Origin: Trichlorobacter lovleyi SZ
Lineage (GTDB): Bacteria > Desulfobacterota > Desulfuromonadia > Geobacterales > Pseudopelobacteraceae
Assembly: GCF_000020385.1 (NCBI RefSeq)
Contig: NC_010814.1
Coordinates: 1,110,001-1,142,000 of the forward strand
Reading direction: 5' to 3'
DNA: 32,000 nt
The notes under the pieces were generated by a model. The model did not search any database. It was not told where the DNA came from and saw only the letters and a program-made list of their open reading frames with translations. Position 1 is the first letter of the stretch. Each line of letters starts with the position of its first letter. Below are positions 25,862 to 32,000 of this stretch, piece after piece. The translations under genes and the position numbers were made by a program.

Positions 25862-26848
25862 ATGAAGGCAGTCTTGATGGACGGTTTTGGCGGGGTTGAG
25901 GTGTTGAAGCTGGGAGAGGCTGAAAAGCCGGTTCCTGCTGAAGGTCAGGTGCTGGTCAAGGTAATTGCCACCACCATTAACCGTCCTGATCTGGTGCAGC
26001 GTGAAGGCAAGTACCCGCCACCTCCCGGTGATTCTGAAATTCTCGGTCTTGAAGTGGCGGGCACCATTGAAGAACTGGGTCCCGGCGTGGAGGGCTGGCA
26101 GGTCGGTCAGCGGGTTATGTCGCTGGTGGGCGGCGGAGCCTGTGCCGAGTATGCCGTGGCCTATGCCAGTCACCTGATGCCGATTCCGGAGTCCATGTCC
26201 TTTGAAGAGGCTGCCTGCGTCTGTGAATCCTACATCACCGCCTTTTCCAATCTATTCATGATCGGTGGTCTGAAGGACAAGAACACCGTCATCATCCACG
26301 GCGGCGGCGGGGGTGTCAACATGGCCGGCGTACAGCTCTGCAAGGCGCTGGTGCCGGAGACCAAGATCATTGTCACCTCGCACCCCAGTAAGATTGAACG
26401 GGTCAAGGCGATGGGGGTTGACCTGGTGGTTGACTTCACCACCACCCCTGATTTTTCAGAGGCGGTCAAGGAGTTCACCAACAAGAAAGGTGCGGATGTG
26501 ATCCTGGACCATGTCGGCGCCAAGTATCTGGCTCCGAATATGGCCTCGCTGGGCTATGCCGGCCGTCTGGTGATCATTGGTATCATCAGCGGTATCAAGG
26601 CAGAGCTGAACCTGGCCCTGATGATGGTCAAGCGTCAGCAGATCATCGGTTCGGTGCTGCGTTCCCGCCCGGTCAAGGATAAGGCTGCCATTGTGGCTGA
26701 ATTCACCAAGACCGCCCTGCCCAAGTTTGCCGACCGCACCATTGTTCCGATCATTGAAAAGGTCTTCAGCATTGATGAGGTGGTTGAGGCGCACCGGATG
26801 ATGGAAGAGGATAAGCATTTCGGCAAGATAGTGCTGAAGATCCAGTAA
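25862..26848 (+). CDS. NAD(P)H:quinone oxidoreductase (zinc-independent medium-chain dehydrogenase/reductase, Qor/PIG3-like)
   Basis: MKAVLMDGFGGVEVLKLGE matches the family N-terminus, NRPDLVQREGKYPPPPG is present, and the Rossmann loop reads IHGGGGGVNMAGVQL. A GGGAGGGG RBS lies before ATG 25862. The 111-codon upstream extension in the track is non-coding. Confidence 0.88.
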   Translation: MKAVLMDGFGGVEVLKLGEAEKPVPAEGQVLVKVIATTINRPDLVQREGKYPPPPGDSEILGLEVAGTIEELGPGVEGWQVGQRVMSLVGGGACAEYAVAYASHLMPIPESMSFEEAACVCESYITAFSNLFMIGGLKDKNTVIIHGGGGGVNMAGVQLCKALVPETKIIVTSHPSKIERVKAMGVDLVVDFTTTPDFSEAVKEFTNKKGADVILDHVGAKYLAPNMASLGYAGRLVIIGIISGIKAELNLALMMVKRQQIIGSVLRSRPVKDKAAIVAEFTKTALPKFADRTIVPIIEKVFSIDEVVEAHRMMEEDKHFGKIVLKIQ

Positions 26849-26875
26849 AACTACTGCGGAGGCTGTCTGCTGCGT
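26848..26875. repeat. 28-nt intergenic repeat, copy B
   Basis: It matches 10803..10830 at 25 of 28 positions. It starts within the stop codon of the oxidoreductase gene and forms the 5' arm of a hairpin: GGAG(G)CTGTCTG ... CAGGCAGCTCC. Confidence 0.6.
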
Positions 26876-26919
26876 AACGCGATACCTGCTGCAGGCAGCT
26901 CCGTGGTGAGCGAGGGTCT

Positions 26920-27441
26920 ATGCCCCAACCGTTGAAGAACTATCACCGCCTGCTGGACAAGGTGGATCAACTCTGTGAGGGTATCACCACACTACTGGGT
27001 GATGCCCTCACCTGCCACGCCGGCTGTTCTTCCTGCTGCATCAGTATCTCGGTTTTTCCCGTGGAGGCTGCGGCATTGATAGAGGCTGCCGGGCAGCTGC
27101 CGCCGGAGCAGTATCAGCAGCTGAAACAGCAGTTGTCCAACCCTCGGGACGAGGATCGCTGTCCGCTTCTCCTTGACGATCGTTGCCTGCTGTACCAGGC
27201 CCGTCCGATTATCTGCCGCACCCATGGATTGCCGATCCTGATCACTGAAGAAACAGGCCGCCGGGTGGATGTCTGTCCGCTTAACTGTACAGGGATGGAG
27301 CGGATACCGGGTGGCGCCCTGATTGACCTGGAACGCCTTAACTCACTGCTGGTCTCCGTTAATGTACTCTACCTGCGCGAATTCGGCATTAAGCTGCCGG
27401 ATCGCATCCCCCTTGCCTCCCTTGGAGAAATGTTGCCGTGA
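26920..27441 (+). CDS. YkgJ-family (UPF0153) cysteine-cluster protein
   Basis: It has the N-terminal cluster CHAGCSSCC and a second Cys group (RCPLLLDDRCLLY...ICRTHG), as in the zinc/iron-chelating YkgJ family. Confidence 0.75.
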   Translation: MPQPLKNYHRLLDKVDQLCEGITTLLGDALTCHAGCSSCCISISVFPVEAAALIEAAGQLPPEQYQQLKQQLSNPRDEDRCPLLLDDRCLLYQARPIICRTHGLPILITEETGRRVDVCPLNCTGMERIPGGALIDLERLNSLLVSVNVLYLREFGIKLPDRIPLASLGEMLP

Positions 27442-28613
27442 CCAGAATCAGCCTTAAAAAGAACGAAGACCGCCGGATCAAGGCTGGACACCCCTGGGTG
27501 TTCAGTAACGAAATCGGGCGGATTGAAGGTGCCCCGGAACCGGGTGTTGCCTGCGAACTGTTTGACGTCAGTGGTACCTATATCGGCACCGGCTACCATA
27601 ACCCCCACTCCCTGATTTCTGTCCGTCTGCTTTCCCGGAAGCAGGATGATATTGACTCGGTTGGTTTCTTTGAACAACGGATTGCTGCGGCCCTGGCCCA
27701 TCGTCGCAGCCTCTATCCCCGGATGGAGACCTTCCGGTTGATCTATGGCGAGTCTGATTTTCTGCCCGGTCTGGTTGTGGACAAGTACGGCGATTACCTA
27801 TCGTTACAGCTGCTGTCTGCCGGTATGGACAGACGGCGTGGCCTGATTCTTGAGGCGCTGCAGCGTCTGTTGTCCCCCAAGGGGATCATTGCCCGTAATG
27901 ATGTGGCGGTGCGTACCATGGAAGGGATGACAGAAGAGGTAGAGCTGCTGCAGGGGACCATCCCGGATGCTGTTCTGATGCAGGAAAATGGTCTGACCTT
28001 TGAGGTGGATCTGCGTAATGGCCAGAAGACCGGTGGTTTTCTGGATCAGAAGGAAAACCACCTGCTGCTGCAGGCGATCTCTAAAGATACAGATGTGCTG
28101 GACTGCTTCTGCTACAGCGGCAGCTGGGCAGCCCACGCCGGTTTCTTTGGGGCCAGATCCGTGCTGGGTCTGGATATATCTGAACGTGCCGTTGCCCTGG
28201 CAGGCAGAAATGCGGCCTTAAACGGTCTGTCGGATCGGGTCAGCTTTGAGGAGTGCGATGCCTTTGATCGGCTGCGTTCACTCAAGCTGGAAGGACGCAG
28301 CTTTGGCGTGGTGGTTATGGACCCGCCTGCCTTTGTCAAAAACCGCAAAAACCTGGCCGAGGCCACCAAAGGATATATCACCATTAACCGCCGCGCTCTG
28401 GAACTGCTGGAACCGGGCGGCTACCTGATCAGCTGCTCCTGTTCCTACCATATGGGACGGGAGCCGTTCCGCGAGATGCTGGCCACCGCTGCCCGTCAGG
28501 CCAAGCGGGAGGTGCGGCTGGTAACGGCCCGCTCGCAGGCCCCGGATCATCCGGTTTTGCTGAACTTCCCGGAGTCTGAGTATCTCAAGTGTTTAGTATT
28601 GCAGGTGGTTTAG
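27438..28613 (+). CDS. rlmI: Class I SAM-dependent 23S rRNA (cytosine-C5) methyltransferase, RlmI-like (PUA plus MTase domains)
   Basis: The N-terminal PUA-like block KNEDRRIKAGHPWVF is followed by GQKTGGFLDQKEN, VLDCFCYSGSW and the catalytic VVMDPPAF and SCSCS. The GTG start overlaps the YkgJ stop (GTGA). Confidence 0.85.
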   Translation: MTRISLKKNEDRRIKAGHPWVFSNEIGRIEGAPEPGVACELFDVSGTYIGTGYHNPHSLISVRLLSRKQDDIDSVGFFEQRIAAALAHRRSLYPRMETFRLIYGESDFLPGLVVDKYGDYLSLQLLSAGMDRRRGLILEALQRLLSPKGIIARNDVAVRTMEGMTEEVELLQGTIPDAVLMQENGLTFEVDLRNGQKTGGFLDQKENHLLLQAISKDTDVLDCFCYSGSWAAHAGFFGARSVLGLDISERAVALAGRNAALNGLSDRVSFEECDAFDRLRSLKLEGRSFGVVVMDPPAFVKNRKNLAEATKGYITINRRALELLEPGGYLISCSCSYHMGREPFREMLATAARQAKREVRLVTARSQAPDHPVLLNFPESEYLKCLVLQVV

Positions 28614-28619
28614 GCTGAT

Positions 28620-28927
28620 AGCACGCGGATAACGCGGATTGAGCTGATTGACGCAGATTAAAACCTGAAACACCAGCAGAAGTCGTATCCGTGAAAGAAA
28701 ATAAATAGACCTATAAAAGCAGTTGTCCACGAAGAGCACGAAGATACACCAAGAAAAACGAATTGTTTAAGCCAAAGCTGCAATCACCATTTGGGTGAAT
28801 CGTTTGTTTATGGAACAACTCAATTTTCGTGAAACTTCGTGTCCTTCGTGGATATGAACTGCCGTTTTCAGGGCTATTCTTCGCTTTACCCGCGTATATC
28901 TGCCAAAAACCGTGTCATCCGCGTGCT
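28620..28927. repeat. ~310-bp imperfect palindromic (nested inverted-repeat) intergenic element, MITE-like or REP-like
   Basis: The outer IR is AGCACGCGGAT (28620-28630) with ATCCGCGTGCT (28917-28927). The inner IR is TCCACGAAGAGCACGAAG (28726-28743) with CTTCGTGTCCTTCGTGGA (28835-28852), matching at 16 of 18. Arm similarity continues between them (AAAAGCAGTT / AACTGCCGTTTT, CCTGAAA / TTTCAGGG), with CCAAA-N13-TTTGG at the centre. Internal short direct repeats are ACGCGGAT x2, CACGAAG x2 and TTCGTG x3. Confidence 0.7.
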
Positions 28928-28939
28928 GTTGCTTTGCTG

Positions 28940-30604
28940 CTACAGCCCCGTAACTTCCCGGTCCTTGGGATACTCCACCACAATCTCGTAACTGATTACC
29001 TTCTTCTCACCAGCTGCCAGCTTCAGCTTCCAGATCAGTGTGCCATCATCCTTCTTCTCGGTTGGCGGCAGGGTAGCCTCTTCCAGGCTGACCGTGATTT
29101 CGCTGTCGCCGGCCAGCGGCAGTTGATCCTTGACGTTGACTGTCTGGGCCTCTTTGCGGAAGTTGGTGACGGTTACGGTCGAGCGATAACCCATCCGGTT
29201 TTTGCCGAACAGGCCGGCCTCTTTATGCTGCTTCAGCTCTTCCCGCTTGACTGTGATCTGGTCGTCGCTGCCAAAGGGAAGGGTGAACTTTTCGCCTGAG
29301 GCCACCTGCTTCATGTCAGCGCTACCCACAAAGGTGTTGCCGCTGAAGATCTTGACGGTGCCGGGCAGCAGCGGCCAGCCGGCCTTGTTAACCAGCTCGG
29401 CGGTCAGGTAGGCAACCGCCGCCAGCTTGGGCACTGTACTGTATTCGGTGCTGACCGGCAGCTTTTCAAGTGCTATCACCGTGCTGTGACGGGTGTTGTC
29501 CGAGGGGATCTCAACCGGTTTTGGGATTTTAAATGCGATTGAGGTTCCCTCCGTAGCTGCCTGGGCCGTCTGGAAGGCTGCCGGAGCAGGCTCTTCCTCT
29601 TCCATCGCCATATCGGCTTTCATGCTCTCTGCCATCACGGGCCTGGCCGCCTTTTTGTAGCTGCGGATTGGTGCTGCAGCTGGCATGGCCATCGGCATGG
29701 GGCGGTAGAAGGAGATCCGCCAGGGGTGGAGGGTGGGCGGGGCGCCACCACTGGCCGGGCGGGCCGTGGAGAGAGTCAGCGCTACATTGTTCCAGTCTTC
29801 GCCGGTCTGCTGACGGACCTGGGCGCGATAGGTTAGCTCTGCGCTGGTGCCATCCTGAGCCAGACGTACATCATAGCTTGGCTCCCAGGTGGCCTGGTTG
29901 ACAACCCCGGACAGGTCCAGAGTCAGTTTGCCTTCTTTGGCTGTCTCTACTGCCACTTCAACGGTCTTGCTCTCCTTGCGGTAGGAACCGGTGGCCTCCT
30001 GCTTTTTGCGTTTCAGGGCATCGATCTGCTCTTTGATGATCTGTTTTTCCTGCTCAATCTCGCGCTGCTGATCTTCAACCTTGACGGTATTGCTGCCTAC
30101 AAAGCCCATGGCCTCATTCAGTTCAGCGCCGGTCGGCTTGCCGATGGCCAGTTGCTGTGAGATCCGCTCACCCCAGGCCACCTTGATTGAATCAACAAAC
30201 CCCTTCTGGGCAACCAGTCCGGCCTTTCTGGCATCAAGGCCACCCAGCTTGCGTTCCAGCTGCCTCAGTTCCGCCTCAATCTCCTTGACCCGTTTGTCTG
30301 CAGTCTGGCTCAGAAAGCTGCGCTTGACCTCAATACCGGTAATGGTGGCCCGTGCCGTTCCCTTGGCATCGACCCTTACTGAGTCGTCCTGTAACAGCAC
30401 CGGCAGCCCCTCAATCGCAATGACCTGACTACCCGGTTTCAATGCGACAGTTACGCTGCGGGTGACCTGGGCCCGGTCCTGATAGACCGTAACCGCACTG
30501 ATGGTGGCCTGTGCCGGTATACGTGCCGGCGGTGCTGCAAAGACAGATGCGGGCAGCAGGAGCCCCAGACATACGACCAGCAGGGAAAGTATCTGCATGA
30601 ACAA
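28940..30604 (-). CDS. DUF4139 domain-containing secreted protein (MuiA / TIGR02231-like, N-terminal DUF4140 plus coiled coil)
   Basis: It has a signal peptide (MFMQILSLLVVCLGLLLPASVFA) and an N-terminal block (ISAVTVYQDRAQVTR). A central coiled coil and a C-terminal beta-rich region ending in YEIVVEYPKD are typical of this family. Confidence 0.65.
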   Translation of the reverse strand: MFMQILSLLVVCLGLLLPASVFAAPPARIPAQATISAVTVYQDRAQVTRSVTVALKPGSQVIAIEGLPVLLQDDSVRVDAKGTARATITGIEVKRSFLSQTADKRVKEIEAELRQLERKLGGLDARKAGLVAQKGFVDSIKVAWGERISQQLAIGKPTGAELNEAMGFVGSNTVKVEDQQREIEQEKQIIKEQIDALKRKKQEATGSYRKESKTVEVAVETAKEGKLTLDLSGVVNQATWEPSYDVRLAQDGTSAELTYRAQVRQQTGEDWNNVALTLSTARPASGGAPPTLHPWRISFYRPMPMAMPAAAPIRSYKKAARPVMAESMKADMAMEEEEPAPAAFQTAQAATEGTSIAFKIPKPVEIPSDNTRHSTVIALEKLPVSTEYSTVPKLAAVAYLTAELVNKAGWPLLPGTVKIFSGNTFVGSADMKQVASGEKFTLPFGSDDQITVKREELKQHKEAGLFGKNRMGYRSTVTVTNFRKEAQTVNVKDQLPLAGDSEITVSLEEATLPPTEKKDDGTLIWKLKLAAGEKKVISYEIVVEYPKDREVTGL

Positions 30605-30868
30605 CCTCCTGAAAGTGAGCTTAACCTGAATAAGTATACCAGAAATATGTGCTGTGTCTTGATCTGGTACTATGCATCGAATGCGTTGCTGTATTGACGT
30701 TTTTTGTCAGTTTGCCCGCTGCAGAACAGAGGTGCGGTTTCTGGCCTGTGAGATAACTAGCTGTATTGTATGTCTCGCAGCGCTAATCTGCATCATCATG
30801 CAACGATTGCCATGTATCTTGCAAAGGAGATGCAGCAGCAATGAACGTATGTTCTGAGGAGGTTTACC

Positions 30869-31045
30869 ATGGCTATGATTCGTGTCTCCTGCCCTCACTG
30901 CTCCTTCAGTCGTGATGTGCTGGATAGCCAGTTGCCGGATCAGCCGACAAAGGCTACCTGCCCTAAATGCAAGAAAAGTTTTGATTTTTTTAAGGGTGCC
31001 GTTCCTTCTTCACCCTCTTTTGAGGTTGAAGGTATGTCAGCGTAA
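30869..31045 (+). CDS. 58-aa MJ0042-type zinc-ribbon protein (below the ORF-track length cutoff)
   Basis: I read it by hand. A GAGGAGG RBS (30856-30862) lies 6 nt before ATG 30869. The translation is MAMIRVSCPHCSFSRDVLDSQLPDQPTKATCPKCKKSFDFFKGAVPSSPSFEVEGMSA, with CPxC-N19-CPxC as in MJ0042-family fingers. A strong hairpin lies 26 nt downstream of the stop. Confidence 0.6.
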   Translation: MAMIRVSCPHCSFSRDVLDSQLPDQPTKATCPKCKKSFDFFKGAVPSSPSFEVEGMSA

Positions 31046-31071
31046 CGCCAGCGTTGTAAGAGGCGCTACGC

Positions 31072-31107
31072 ACAAACAGCATCCAATGTCCTTCGGATGC
31101 TGTTTGT
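31072..31107. terminator. Hairpin between convergent genes (probable bidirectional terminator)
   Basis: It has a perfect 13-bp stem (ACAAACAGCATCC / GGATGCTGTTTGT) and a 10-nt loop. The U-tract is only partial (TGTTTGTTGTGT), hence the moderate confidence. Confidence 0.5.
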
Positions 31108-31134
31108 TGTGTCAAAAGTTATCAGACAGACACC

Positions 31135-32000
31135 TTAACGTGCTGCAGATGCCTTAACCTGTTGCTCCATCAGACTTGCCATCTGTTCAAGTGGCGCTTT
31201 TTGAACTTCTTTGCCGTTGTGGTAAAACAGCACCAACCGGAAATCACCTGCCAGGGCGCGGTTCGCCACATCATCAGGGGTAAAGGTGGTGCGCCCCAGC
31301 GATTTTTTGGTGGGCCACTCCACCCCACTGTAGGTCAGATAGACCAGCTTTGAGCAGTAGACCCGCTCCTTTGATTCCACATCAAAATTGAAATCATACG
31401 GTTTCCCCACCTGCCGCAATGATTGCAGGATGACTCTGATCCGGTCATCCCTGCTGATGTTCTGTTTGCGTAAGATTCCGATGCTGTCGATATTCATAAA
31501 CTGCTCAAGCGGATTTATCTCCACCCCGGAACGCAACGCCTCAACCACGCCGCGTCCCTGCTGAATCTTGTCATGGTAGCGCTTGACCAGTGGATTGTCC
31601 CAGATACCCAGTTCCCGCAACTCCTTTTCAGTGCCGATCCAGACCGCTGCGTGGCCCCAGTAGCCGGGGATCAGCTTGTCGGTCAGGCGGAAAGGGGTCT
31701 TTTCCAACAGCACATCGCCAGCCTGCAGGGTGCCTGTCAACTGTTCCCTGACCGGCGGTTTGCGATACAGCTTGCCCTTGCGGGTTTCCACCAGCCCGAC
31801 GGCATTGCCGAAGACCATGCTGAACAGGCTGATACCGTGCCGCTCCAGACCGGAAAGGGTGTCTTCCGTCACGCCACCCAGAAAGCCGACCTTGCGGCCC
31901 ACCACGTAAAACGGTGACCAGGTGCGCACCATGGAATAGGAAGGGCTCTGCTTGATCAACAGATTGATGTAGGCGGTTTCCGGGTTGGCATCCACGGTCC
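31135..32000 (-). CDS. YiiX-family permuted papain-like (NlpC/P60 clan, DUF830) enzyme; the N-terminus lies outside the window
   Basis: The order is permuted, with His before Cys: PGYWGHAAVWIG, then VGKPYDFNFDVESKERVYCSKLVYLTY, which resembles E. coli YiiX (GKPYDFSFSW...YCSEVVWKVY). The frame is still open at position 32000 and the visible N-terminus has no signal peptide, so the gene probably continues. Confidence 0.75.
   Translation of the reverse strand, partial: TVDANPETAYINLLIKQSPSYSMVRTWSPFYVVGRKVGFLGGVTEDTLSGLERHGISLFSMVFGNAVGLVETRKGKLYRKPPVREQLTGTLQAGDVLLEKTPFRLTDKLIPGYWGHAAVWIGTEKELRELGIWDNPLVKRYHDKIQQGRGVVEALRSGVEINPLEQFMNIDSIGILRKQNISRDDRIRVILQSLRQVGKPYDFNFDVESKERVYCSKLVYLTYSGVEWPTKKSLGRTTFTPDDVANRALAGDFRLVLFYHNGKEVQKAPLEQMASLMEQQVKASAAR

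Noticed and set aside
30672-30857. A 61-aa very Cys-rich ORF (MHRMRCCIDVFCQFARC...) in the DUF4139 / zinc-ribbon divergent region, plus overlapping ORFs 30707..30898 and 30882..31157.
   Set aside because: It has no Shine-Dalgarno sequence and lies in the AT-richer promoter region, where the Cys content simply reflects TGC/TGT-rich sequence. ORF 30882..31157 is out of frame with the well-signalled 58-aa zinc-ribbon ORF.

Overview
This is a 32-kb high-GC bacterial chromosomal segment (about 58-62% GC in hand-counted lines of core genes), dense with housekeeping genes. It looks most like a Geobacter-type Desulfuromonadales genome. That placement is an inference from gene content, an exact Geobacter-type LexA box and CACGAAG/ACGCGGAT-type intergenic repeats; no database search was possible. 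Left to right the window holds: a 5'-truncated UvrD-type helicase fused to a PD-(D/E)XK nuclease; a cysD-cysNC-TSUP permease sulfate-activation operon; then a long minus-strand run of dinB, fumC, DUF4197, an EAL-HDOD protein, a 62-aa Cys-rich ORF, a two-subunit 2-oxoacid:ferredoxin oxidoreductase, uraA-upp and a YegD-like Hsp70. Next comes a lower-GC, accessory-looking block (secreted caspase-like C14 peptidase, MipA/OmpV outer-membrane protein, OmpR-type regulator plus sensor kinase) that abuts the 3' end of tRNA-Arg(CCU). After it come apt-rpoS-pcm-surE (minus strand), a quinone oxidoreductase, a YkgJ-type Cys-cluster protein, rlmI, a ~310-bp imperfect palindromic repeat element, a DUF4139/MuiA-like secreted protein, a 58-aa MJ0042-type zinc-ribbon ORF missing from the ORF track, and an edge-truncated YiiX-type permuted papain-like enzyme. 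I saw no CRISPR array, transposase, integrase or rRNA. I could not identify a clear-cut new multi-gene system. The best follow-up candidates are the tRNA-adjacent low-GC envelope module with its monocistronic secreted caspase, the Geobacter LexA box on a stand-alone (possibly leaderless) dinB, the compact surE-pcm-rpoS-apt-tRNA-Arg(CCU) unit, and two kinds of intergenic repeat.
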